64,000 nt of DNA from an uncultured Selenomonadales bacterium (GTDB lineage Bacteria > Bacillota > Negativicutes > Selenomonadales > Selenomonadaceae), in assembly GCA_900315155.1 (NCBI GenBank), contig OMYB01000005.1:11284-75283 (forward strand). The letters are read 5' to 3'. Position 1 is the stretch's first letter; each line of letters begins with the position of its first letter. The notes beneath the pieces were generated by a model that saw only the letters and a program-made list of their open reading frames with translations, was not told the origin of the DNA and searched no databases. This document shows positions 18,400 through 27,704 of the stretch, piece by piece. The translations under genes and the position numbers were made by a program.

Positions 18400-19197
18400 A
18401 TGAAAGTTTGCCCCAAGTGTAACAAAGAATATCCAGATGATGTGAAGTTCTGCAGTACATGCGGTCAGGAACTGAAACCGAAGGAAGAGGGCGCTCGTTT
18501 CTGCCCGTATTGTGGTGCTAAGCTGAATGCAGGCAGCCAATTTTGCTCATCCTGTGGCAAGCCGGTGGAACAGCAGCCACAGATGGCAAAAACGGCAGCA
18601 GAGGCGCCAAAAACGATGCAGAAAACGGCTGCACCTGCAGTGCCAACGGTGAAGGAATCAGAGCCAGTCCCTGTGGCAGCACAGGTTGATCCCCATCGTC
18701 AGGTGTCGAAGGAAGGTGAAGTTCTCGCATCCGGAGCACCGATTCCTTCCAAAACAGGATGGTGTAAATGGGGCTATCTTCTTGGCGCGATTGGCGGCAT
18801 AGCATTGAGCAAATCGATGTTCCTGTTGATCTTGCTGGTATACGCTGTCGAATACTATATGATTCAGTTTCATGAAGGCAAGATGCGCCGTATGAAGTTC
18901 AAATTTGTCTCTCCTGTGACGAGTGATGAAATTTATTCCCGTATACAGCCCACACTTTCTCAGAAATATGGGGATAAAATCTCTTTTGATCGGAATGGAG
19001 ATACACTCTGCGTCAAATATGACAGCATGATCTATGATATCAATATCAACGATGACGGAACGGTTTCGTTATGGTGGAGGAAGTCTTTATCAGGGGCAAT
19101 CTTTTCTTTCCGTGAAGGCAAGATGTATCGAAAAATCCGTACGGGTACGGCACTGATCGCTTACGAACTGCAGCACCAGTTCGGCGTTCATGCATAA
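18400..19197 (+). CDS. Double zinc-ribbon membrane protein, function unknown
   Basis: Has CPKCN..CSTCG and CPYCG..CSSCG motifs, a P/A-rich linker, one or two TM helices and a C-terminal roughly 110-aa domain. RBS is GGAGGAAAGG. Confidence 0.7.
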   Translation: MKVCPKCNKEYPDDVKFCSTCGQELKPKEEGARFCPYCGAKLNAGSQFCSSCGKPVEQQPQMAKTAAEAPKTMQKTAAPAVPTVKESEPVPVAAQVDPHRQVSKEGEVLASGAPIPSKTGWCKWGYLLGAIGGIALSKSMFLLILLVYAVEYYMIQFHEGKMRRMKFKFVSPVTSDEIYSRIQPTLSQKYGDKISFDRNGDTLCVKYDSMIYDININDDGTVSLWWRKSLSGAIFSFREGKMYRKIRTGTALIAYELQHQFGVHA

Positions 19198-19233
19198 AAT
19201 AGATGAGAGATGGATTTTAGGAGGTAAAGAAAA

Positions 19234-19950
19234 ATGACGGAATTTTTTCTTTTGCTAGTGTTCCTGGTCCTTGTGGCCTTGTTTGTCGGTTTAATCAAAC
19301 CGTCGCTGGTTATTCGGTGGGGAGACCCCGAAAAGCGGACTCGCGGCAAGGTTCTAAAAACTTACTTAATAGCCTTCGTTGTCTTTTTTGCTTTGGGCGT
19401 GGCTTTTGATGATAGTGGTAAGCCGACGAGTGATAAGCCGGCGGCTACCTCGTCGCAGGAAGCAGCGTCTTCGTCATCTGGAGCATCTTCGGGAGATAAA
19501 GCATCAAAGGAAAAGAAGCAGGTCAAAGAGGATAAGCCCAAATGGAATACCTCGGATGCTGAGGCGCAAACTAATGGTAATGCTAAGATTGCCGTGAAGG
19601 AACTCAAAAAAATCGATGACATGAAAGCTGTGGCAGAACAGGTTAATCCTGGAGAACTTATGAAGCGCCCGTGGGATTATTACGGCAAAGTCGTAGCCTA
19701 CAGTGGCAGAATCTCGGATATCGGTGACAATCCGCCGGGCAGCCCGGAGTCGAAGGCTTTTGGTACGGATACGTATACCATCGTCGTGATGGGCGATAAT
19801 GATTCCTCCGTACAGGCTATTATGGCAGGAAAGAGCGGTTCCATGCAAAAAGGCCAGCAGGTAACCATTTATGGGCTCCCCGTTGGCAATCTTAAACTCT
19901 CTAATCGCATGGGCGGAGAAAATAACGCAGTACTCTTGATAGGCAAGTAA
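19234..19950 (+). CDS. N-terminally anchored membrane protein with Ser-rich linker and C-terminal globular domain, function unknown
   Basis: 238 aa. The RBS is TAGGAGG. It lies 37 nt after the previous gene. Confidence 0.65.
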   Translation: MTEFFLLLVFLVLVALFVGLIKPSLVIRWGDPEKRTRGKVLKTYLIAFVVFFALGVAFDDSGKPTSDKPAATSSQEAASSSSGASSGDKASKEKKQVKEDKPKWNTSDAEAQTNGNAKIAVKELKKIDDMKAVAEQVNPGELMKRPWDYYGKVVAYSGRISDIGDNPPGSPESKAFGTDTYTIVVMGDNDSSVQAIMAGKSGSMQKGQQVTIYGLPVGNLKLSNRMGGENNAVLLIGK

Positions 19951-19980
19951 CTCAGTTCCTAAAATATCCCACGTAAATGA

Positions 19981-20015
19981 AGTCCGTTACACGAAAAGGT
20001 GTGGCGGACTTTTTA
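19981..20015 (+). terminator. Intrinsic terminator after the XRE cassette
   Basis: AGUCCGUUACAC-GAAAAG-GUGUGGCGGACU followed by UUUUAC. Confidence 0.55.
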
Positions 20016-20059
20016 CTTGACAGCATAAAGTATAAAACGTGTCGATCATATACTATTTA

Positions 20060-20332
20060 TCAGAATAAATCGCTGTGGCTACCTGTTCTTGTCAGGTATA
20101 GGATAAGGTCTTGCTCAACCTTCTCGTAGATGAGTAGCCAGTCCGGTGTGATATGGCATTCTCGGCAGCCATCAAAGTTGCCGGAGAGGTCATGGTCGCG
20201 GTTCTTGGCTGGCAGTGGTTCATCCTTGGCCAGTTTCCTGATGATGTCAGTGAGCAGGTCGATGTCATATCCACGCTTCTTTGCCCGCTTCAGGTCTTTC
20301 TGAAAGCGCGTGGTCGGACGGATATCATACAT
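20060..20332 (-). CDS. yafQ: Type II toxin, YafQ/RelE-family mRNA interferase
   Basis: 90 aa: MYDIRPTTRFQKDLKRAKKRGYDIDLL...HDLSGNF.GCRECHI.PDWLLIY. It overlaps the antitoxin by 8 nt. Confidence 0.85.
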   Translation of the reverse strand: MYDIRPTTRFQKDLKRAKKRGYDIDLLTDIIRKLAKDEPLPAKNRDHDLSGNFDGCRECHITPDWLLIYEKVEQDLILYLTRTGSHSDLF

Positions 20333-20606
20333 CGGACAGCAGATCCTTCATCATGGTATCGACGTCTTTGTAGCGTTTGCCGTAGTTCGGATCTGCCTTC
20401 ATGCTCTTGACCTCGGCCATGGCTTCAAGCGTATCCTGGTTCGGCAGGTCTCTGCCAATGGAGAACGGAATCCTCTGTTCGGATACAGCTTTCTTGGCAA
20501 ATACGTTAAATGCAGCGGTCATCGTCAGTCCAACGTCCTTGCAAAAGGCTTCAAACTGATTCTTGAGGTCTGAATCCATCCGAATATTGATATTTGCACT
20601 AGGCAT
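20325..20606 (-). CDS. dinJ: Type II antitoxin, DinJ/RelB family
   Basis: MPSANINIRMDSDLKNQFEAFCKDVGLTMTAAFNVFAKKAV, with an AGGGAGGG RBS. Confidence 0.85.
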   Translation of the reverse strand: MPSANINIRMDSDLKNQFEAFCKDVGLTMTAAFNVFAKKAVSEQRIPFSIGRDLPNQDTLEAMAEVKSMKADPNYGKRYKDVDTMMKDLLSDV

Positions 20607-20713
20607 GATGATCCCTCCCTTGTTTATCTGTTTCTTTATTTCTATTGTAAATAGATTTACATACATTGTCAATATTATATAAATGTGAGTCTATGCAGAC
20701 TATCTCGAATAAT

Positions 20714-20775
20714 AACTCGACCACATGACCGACGAAAAACGCCATGCCATCCACATCACGTCAGCATCATTCAGC
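20714..20775 (+). pseudogene. Short remnant resembling the 3' end of a second Uma2-family gene
   Basis: catgaccgacgaaaaacgccatgccatccacat aligns with 16178-16210 of the intact Uma2 gene (catgaccgacgaagaacgccaagccatccgcat). No ORF context. Confidence 0.4.
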
Positions 20776-20856
20776 GAAGATGCTAAACTCTCTCGCTGGG
20801 GCTGGATATGACGACATGATGAAGGATCTGCATAAATCGCCTCCACTAGAATGAGA

Positions 20857-20902
20857 AAAGACGCCACCGGATGAATGGGCTCCGTGCCGGGTGGCGTCTT
20901 TT
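20857..20902. terminator. Bidirectional intrinsic terminator downstream of the M23 peptidase gene
   Basis: aaagacgccaccgg...ccgggtggcgtctttt. Confidence 0.6.
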
Positions 20903-20918
20903 GTTTCGCTGCGTTTTC

Positions 20919-21971
20919 TTAAAGGTAACGGATCGGGTTGACCGGGCTGCCGTTGATGCGGACTTCGTAGTGGACGTGCGGGCCGGTGCTGTAGCCGGTG
21001 CTGCCCATGTAGGCGATGACCTGGCCGCGGTGGACGGTCTGGCCGGCGCGGACGACGACCTGCATGGCGTGGCCGTAGCGCGTCATGATGCCATTGCCGT
21101 GGTCGATATCGACCATGTTGCCGTAGCCGCCGCTGTTCCAGCCGGCGGTCGTGACGACGCCGTCAGCTGTGGCGACGATCGGCGTGCCCATGTCGTTCGC
21201 GATGTCGATGCCGGGGTGGAAATCCGAGCCGCTCCAGCGCAGGCCGAACGGTGAGCTGACCTCCCCACGGGCCGGCCACAGGCTCGGCGTCGTGCTGCCC
21301 GGCAGCATCATGCCATCGGACGTCGTCAGGCTGCCGATCTCTTCCTGGTTGGCCTTGAGCTCCTGCTGGAGCTGCAGCAGGCTCTGGCGGCGCGTTTCGA
21401 GGCGCTTCTCGACCTCATCGAGCGTCTGACTCACGTTGCGGATATCCGGAGCGACGTACGGACCGCCCTGGCCGTTGTGTGTGCCGCTCGCATCGACGGT
21501 GCCCGCGCCGTTCTGCGCATCGTTCTGCGCATCGTTCTGCGCAGCTGCCGGGTCATCGGCTGCAGGGCTAGCCCCCGCCGAGCGGCGGATCTGCTGCTCG
21601 AGCTGCGTGAGCTGCTCCATCTGATCCTGCAGGGAGTTCGCTTTCTTTGACAGCTGAAGCAGCTGCTCCTGCTGGATGCTGTTGACCTGGCGCAGCTCCT
21701 CGATCTCCGCTGCATCGCTGCGATGCGCGAATGTGCCGTAGACAGCATAGCTGAACGCGCCGACAAAAAGCAGCGCGCCGACGACGAACGAGGCGAGGCC
21801 GAATTTCAGCAGGCGGGCCGACAGGCGGATGCTGCGCACTTCTCCGGTATCCGGCACGAGCTTGATCGTGTACTCGCGCACGGACGGTTCATTTTCTTCT
21901 TCCGCTGTTTCCTGCGGATTGCTTTTGACGGACGAGATTTTCTTCTCTGGTTCGTCTTTTTTGCTATCCAA
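20919..21971 (-). CDS. M23 (LytM) family metallopeptidase with N-terminal TM helix and coiled coil
   Basis: Has HPGIDIA, GNMVDIDHG and GPHVHYEV motifs. TTG start with an AAGGAAGG RBS. Confidence 0.85.
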   Translation of the reverse strand: MDSKKDEPEKKISSVKSNPQETAEEENEPSVREYTIKLVPDTGEVRSIRLSARLLKFGLASFVVGALLFVGAFSYAVYGTFAHRSDAAEIEELRQVNSIQQEQLLQLSKKANSLQDQMEQLTQLEQQIRRSAGASPAADDPAAAQNDAQNDAQNGAGTVDASGTHNGQGGPYVAPDIRNVSQTLDEVEKRLETRRQSLLQLQQELKANQEEIGSLTTSDGMMLPGSTTPSLWPARGEVSSPFGLRWSGSDFHPGIDIANDMGTPIVATADGVVTTAGWNSGGYGNMVDIDHGNGIMTRYGHAMQVVVRAGQTVHRGQVIAYMGSTGYSTGPHVHYEVRINGSPVNPIRYL

Positions 21972-22023
21972 AAAGGTTACCTTCCTTTCTCATTAGGATA
22001 TCGCATGGGTTTGTCTGCCACGA

Positions 22024-22545
22024 TCACGGACGCTGGTTCATCGCGTCGTGCAGGGCGTGTTCCTCCTCTTCCGTGAGCGTATAGGTGGATTTGCCGTCCT
22101 GGATGGGCTTGACGTAGCTGCGGGAGTCCTCGCGGCCGAAGATGCTCGAAAGGATGACGCCGTTGTTGTGCGAGTCGAGCAGGGCGACCGCATAGCTGAG
22201 GTCGCTGCCCATATCCTTGAAGGCACGGAAGCGGACAACACCGACGCGCGTGATGGCCGTCTGCAGCAGCGCATCCTGGCGCTTGTTTTCCTCCTTGATG
22301 GCCTGGTTCTCCTCGACGACGGCCTTTACCTCGTCGATATGCCCGATGAGCATGCGCTCGAGGTTGGCGCCGTCCACGCCCGTCATCATCTTGCGATAGC
22401 GCTTCTTCAGATAGCTGAGGTTGAGCGCGAGGTTGATGATGATGCCGTACATGATGATCACGAGTACGCCGATGGCCGCCGTGATCACCATCAGGTTGTT
22501 CATGACAAACTTATTGAGTTCCTGTATATCCATTGTCTGTTGCAA
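22024..22545 (-). CDS. DUF4446 family protein (commonly parB-adjacent in Firmicutes)
   Basis: 173 aa with a TM helix then ...VGVVRFRAFKDMGSDLSYAVALLD... The start codon is uncertain (22545 TTG or 22533 ATG). Confidence 0.75.
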   Translation of the reverse strand: MQQTMDIQELNKFVMNNLMVITAAIGVLVIIMYGIIINLALNLSYLKKRYRKMMTGVDGANLERMLIGHIDEVKAVVEENQAIKEENKRQDALLQTAITRVGVVRFRAFKDMGSDLSYAVALLDSHNNGVILSSIFGREDSRSYVKPIQDGKSTYTLTEEEEHALHDAMNQRP

Positions 22546-22584
22546 AACTCCTTCTCTTTACTCGAATTCTATCCTTTTATTTTA

Positions 22585-23533
22585 TCACACCGTGAAATTC
22601 TGCGAAAGAGAAACCTTGCGCAGTGCTTCGATTTTCTGCTGGCGGTTTGCCTCCTGCTGCGAGTCGATCGCGCCGAGGATGCGTTCGAGGTCCTCATCGG
22701 AGTAGAACTCGATCTCGATCCGGCTCTTTTTCTTGCCCGGCACAATGCGGACCTGCGTGCCGAGCCAATGCGTGAGCTTGTCCGTGGCATCCTGCAGGAA
22801 TACGGACGGCTCCGCCTTTTCTTTTGGCTGCTCCTGCCCGCGCTTGTTCAGGAACTCCGGATCTTCCTGCAATTTTTTCGCGAGAGCCTCGCACTGGCGT
22901 GCCGAGAGGTCCTCGCTTTCGATGAACTCTGCCGCCTGACGCTGGAGTTGCTTGTCCTCGATCATGAGCAGGGGGCGCGCCTGCCCCATCGTGAGTACGC
23001 CGTTGGCGAGGTGCTCCTGCACGGTCGTATCGAGTTTCAGCAGGCGCAGGATATTCGCGATGTGGCTGCGGCTGCGGCCGATTTTTCGCGCGAGCATGTC
23101 CTGCGTAAAGCCGAAATCCTTCATGAGCTGGCCATAAGCCTTGGCTTCCTCGATCGCGTTGAGGTCTTCGCGCTGGATGTTCTCGATGAGCGCGACCTCG
23201 CTGATCTCGGCGTCGCTGTACTCGCGCACCATCGCCGGGATGTCCGTGAGCCCCGCGAGTTTTGCGGCGCGCAGGCGGCGCTCGCCCGCGATGAGCTCAT
23301 AGCCGCCCGCGGGCAGGCGGCGGACGAGGATAGGCTGGAGCACGCCGTACGTCTTGATCGAGTCGCTGAGCTCGGCGAGAGCCGCTTCATCGAAATCACG
23401 GCGCGGCTGGTAGCGGTTCGCCTGGATATCGGCAACGCGGATTTCCTGCACCTTATCCTTGGCCGGCGTGAGCTTCGCATCACCGAGCAGCGCGTTGAGC
23501 CCCTTGCCGAGACCGCCCTTGCCCTTATGGGCC

Positions 23534-23550
<17 letters not shown>
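22585..23550 (-). CDS. parB: Chromosome partitioning protein ParB/Spo0J
   Basis: Has GLGKGLNALLG, NRYQPRRDFDE.AL.EL..SI and GERRLRAA motifs plus an HTH. Confidence 0.92.
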
Positions 23551-24313
<763 letters not shown>

Positions 24314-24473
24314 CTTTCCTGAAATCGGCAGGAATGTTACAGTTTTTCCGCGTTACTTGTGTTACAATGGTATACGATGTTACAAAGATAGAGCATGCGC
24401 GTATGGTTGTACACCATTCCTGTCGTCAAACTTCTCTATCTTCTATGATAATATGAAATCCGGAAAAAGCCAA

Positions 24474-24489
24474 TGTTTCACGTGAAACA
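24474..24489. other. parS site (perfect TGTTTCACGTGAAACA) inside the extended hairpin 24460..24505
   Basis: Sequence is ccggaaaaagccaatgtttcacgtgaaacatttttagatttttcgg. It lies between parA and the metH operon. Confidence 0.85.
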
Positions 24490-24520
24490 TTTTTAGATTT
24501 TTCGGCAAGAAAATAAGGAT

Positions 24521-25207
24521 GTGATCCCTATGCCTATCTACCGGCCTCCTCTGCTGGCCATCGACCCAAAGGAAACGCGGCGCTATGCCGGTCTCATGAA
24601 GGCGAAGGACTTCCGCGGGGAACTTATCACGGATGCCTGCCAGGACGCACGGCTGCTCGCCGACCCGCGGGGCAGCTACGAAATCTACGACTATGACTGC
24701 CAGGCGCAGCGCGTCGATGCCGAGCCGCCGTTTGTCATCGAGGGCTCGAAAATCGGCCAGCACCTGCAGGGCTGCGACAAGGTCATCCTGCTCGCCGCCA
24801 CCGTCGGAGATGGCATCGAGGAGGAAGTCACGAAGCGGTTCCAGGATGGAAAATACGCCGAAAGCGTCCTCCTCGACGCCGCGGCCACAACGGCAGTCGA
24901 GCAGATCGGCGATGGTATCGAAAAGATGCTCGCGCCGAAAGTCGCGGCAAAGGGCTACCAGATGAAATGGCGGTTCAGTCCCGGCTATGGCGACTGGCCG
25001 CTCACGCAGCAGCCCGAGCTCATCCGGCTTTCGAAGGCCGCATCCATCGGCGTCGGCCTTTCCTCCTCCCTCATGCTCGTGCCGCGCAAGAGCATCACGG
25101 CCATCATCGGCCTCTACCGCACGACAGCCGGTGAGGCAGACCGAAAGCATACGCCGAATGGCTGCGCGGCCTGCACGAACTACAACTGCCCATCAAGAAA
25201 AAAGTAA
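24521..25207 (+). CDS. Stand-alone methionine synthase activation (AdoMet-binding/reactivation) domain protein
   Basis: 228 aa. It resembles the C-terminal module of long MetH (...WRFSPGYGDWPL..Q...) and sits directly upstream of metH. The start is uncertain (GTG 24521 or ATG 24530). Confidence 0.7.
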   Translation: MIPMPIYRPPLLAIDPKETRRYAGLMKAKDFRGELITDACQDARLLADPRGSYEIYDYDCQAQRVDAEPPFVIEGSKIGQHLQGCDKVILLAATVGDGIEEEVTKRFQDGKYAESVLLDAAATTAVEQIGDGIEKMLAPKVAAKGYQMKWRFSPGYGDWPLTQQPELIRLSKAASIGVGLSSSLMLVPRKSITAIIGLYRTTAGEADRKHTPNGCAACTNYNCPSRKK

Positions 25208-25227
25208 AAAAGTAAAGGAGTATCCCT

Positions 25228-27606
25228 ATGATCCATATTTTCGACGGTGCCATGGGCACTATGCTGCAGGCCGGCGGCCTCGCCCCCGGCGCCTGCCCCG
25301 AACGCATGAACATCGAGCACCCCGAGGTCGTCAAGAACATCCACCGCGCCTACATCGATGCCGGTGCCACGATCATCGAGACGAACACCTTTGGTGCCAG
25401 CCGCCTGAAACTCGACCACTACGGCCTGGAGGACCGCGTCGTGGAGCTCAACACGGCCGCCGTGCAGCTCACGAAGGAAGCCGCTGCCGGCCGCGCGAAG
25501 GTCGCAGGCTCCATGGGGCCGACGGGCCGTTTCATCGCACCGCTTGGCGATCTCGACTTCGAGGAGGCGTACGCCGCGTTCCGGGAGCAGGCCAAAGCCC
25601 TCGCCGATGCGGGTGCGGACTATCTCATCATCGAGACCTGCATCGACATCCAGGAGATGCGCGCTGCCCTGCTCGCGGCAAAGGAGGTCACGGACATCCC
25701 CGTGATCTGCCAGCTCTCCTACAGCGAAGATGGCCGCACGGTCACGGGCACGGATCCGCAGTCTGCGGCGATCATCCTCGACGCCATGGGAGCCGACATC
25801 ATCGGCGTGAACTGCTCTCTGGGTCCCGAGCAGCTCGTCCCCGTCGTCCGGACGCTCGCGGAGAACTGCCACCGCCCCATCAGCGTCCAGCCGAACGCAG
25901 GCATGCCGCGCCTCGAGAACGGAGAGACGATTTTCCCGATGGGCCCGGAGGATTTCGGCCAATGGGCACCGAAACTCCTCGAGGCTGGCGCGACCTACAT
26001 CGGCGGCTGCTGCGGCACGACGCCCGCGCACATCCGCGCCGCCGCCGAGGCACTCAAAGGCCTCAGGGAGCCTGAGCGCAAAGAACCGCCGCGCCGCCTC
26101 TGGCTCGCGAGCCGCAGCAAATCCGTCTGCGTCGATAAAGACCTCCCGACCGTGCTCATCGGCGAGCGCATCAACCCGACGGGCCGCAAAAAGCTCGCCG
26201 CCGAGGTCCGCGAGGGCTCGATGCTCAGCATCAAGAAAGAGGCCGTCAACCAGGTCAAGGCCGGTGCGCGCCTGCTCGACGTCAACATGGGCGTCGGCGG
26301 CATCGACCAGACCGCCGCGATGAAGCGCGCGATCACGGAGATCGCCCAGCTCACGGATGCGCCGCTCTGCATCGATACGAGCGACCCATCCGCACTCGAG
26401 GCCGGCCTGCGCGCCTATCCTGGCCGCGCGCTCATCAACTCCGTGAGCGCCGAGACACCGCGCCTGCGCGATTTCCTACCGCTCGCCCGGAAATACGGCG
26501 CCGCCATCCTCTGCCTGCCCTGCACGGACAATGGCATCCCGAAAACAGCGGAGGGCCGTCTCGCCGCCGTGCAGCAGATTGTCACCGAAGCAAAGAAGCA
26601 GGGCCTCCACGATGGCGATTTCCTGCTCGATGCCCTCGTCATGACGGTCTCTGCCGATAAAGGCGCGGCACAGGAAGTGTTCCGCACGCTGCGCCTCTAC
26701 CGGAAGGAGCTCGGCTACCCCGCCACGATGGGCCTCTCGAATATCTCGTTCGGCCTGCCGAACCGCCCGCTCATCAACAGCACGTTCTTCGCGATGTGCC
26801 TGGAGGCCGGCCTCGACGCGCCGATCATGAACCCCTACGACGAGCTCATGCAGCGCGCGCTGAAAGCCAGCGCCGTCCTCATCGGCAAGGACCCCTGCGG
26901 CATTGCCTTCAGCCAGGACGAATCCAACCTCAGCGTACCGAAGAAAGCCGCTGTCGCGAAAGTCGACCTCTCCAAGGACTGCATCGCGGCCATCAAGCAG
27001 GCCGTCATCGACGGCGAGAAAGACGAGATTGTCGGCCTCGTGGAGCAGGCACTCAAAGAAGGCAGGACCTCCGATGAAATCACGGCCAACGGCCTCACGG
27101 CAGCCATGACGGACATCGGCGAGGACTTTGGCTCAGGCCGCATGTTCCTGCCGCAGGTCCTGCTCTCTGCCGAGACGATGCGCACGGCGTTCAACCGCCT
27201 CAAGGAGCTCTTTCCTGCCACACAGGATGCCGATAAAGGCACGATCGTCATCGCGACGGTCAAAGGCGACGTCCACGACCTCGGCAAGAACATCACGGGC
27301 GCCCTGCTCGCGAACTCCGGTTTCCGCCTCGTCGACCTCGGCAAGGACGTCGATGCCGAGGAAATCGTCAAAACCGCCATCCGCGAGAAAGCCGATATCG
27401 TCGGCCTCTGCGCCCTCATGACGACCACGATGGTCCAAATCGACAAAGTCATCGCCGATCTCCACGCGGCAGGCTGCCCCGCGAAAGTCATGGTCGGCGG
27501 CGCCGCCCTCACGCAGGAGTATGCGGACCAGGCCGGTGCCGACGCCTACGCCCCCGACGGTGTCAAGGCCGTCGAACTCGCCAAGGAAATGGTCGGCATC
27601 GCCTGA
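25228..27606 (+). CDS. metH: Cobalamin-dependent methionine synthase core (Hcy S-methyltransferase, pterin-binding, B12 cap and B12-binding domains)
   Basis: 792 aa. Has the GGCCGTTP zinc site, the pterin-binding barrel and DVHDLGKN (DxHxxG). Confidence 0.9.
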   Translation: MIHIFDGAMGTMLQAGGLAPGACPERMNIEHPEVVKNIHRAYIDAGATIIETNTFGASRLKLDHYGLEDRVVELNTAAVQLTKEAAAGRAKVAGSMGPTGRFIAPLGDLDFEEAYAAFREQAKALADAGADYLIIETCIDIQEMRAALLAAKEVTDIPVICQLSYSEDGRTVTGTDPQSAAIILDAMGADIIGVNCSLGPEQLVPVVRTLAENCHRPISVQPNAGMPRLENGETIFPMGPEDFGQWAPKLLEAGATYIGGCCGTTPAHIRAAAEALKGLREPERKEPPRRLWLASRSKSVCVDKDLPTVLIGERINPTGRKKLAAEVREGSMLSIKKEAVNQVKAGARLLDVNMGVGGIDQTAAMKRAITEIAQLTDAPLCIDTSDPSALEAGLRAYPGRALINSVSAETPRLRDFLPLARKYGAAILCLPCTDNGIPKTAEGRLAAVQQIVTEAKKQGLHDGDFLLDALVMTVSADKGAAQEVFRTLRLYRKELGYPATMGLSNISFGLPNRPLINSTFFAMCLEAGLDAPIMNPYDELMQRALKASAVLIGKDPCGIAFSQDESNLSVPKKAAVAKVDLSKDCIAAIKQAVIDGEKDEIVGLVEQALKEGRTSDEITANGLTAAMTDIGEDFGSGRMFLPQVLLSAETMRTAFNRLKELFPATQDADKGTIVIATVKGDVHDLGKNITGALLANSGFRLVDLGKDVDAEEIVKTAIREKADIVGLCALMTTTMVQIDKVIADLHAAGCPAKVMVGGAALTQEYADQAGADAYAPDGVKAVELAKEMVGIA

Positions 27607-27634
27607 CAGGACTCCCCCCAAATCAAAGCACATT

Positions 27635-27680
27635 AAAAAGCCTCAGCAAAAGAGCTTCTCCTTTGCCGAGGCTTTTTTTA
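27635..27680. terminator. Bidirectional terminator between metH and pfkA
   Basis: aaaaagcctcagcaaa...tttgccgaggcttttttt. Confidence 0.65.
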
Positions 27681-27704
27681 TGCCGATACTGCGGGATCCA
27701 ACGA

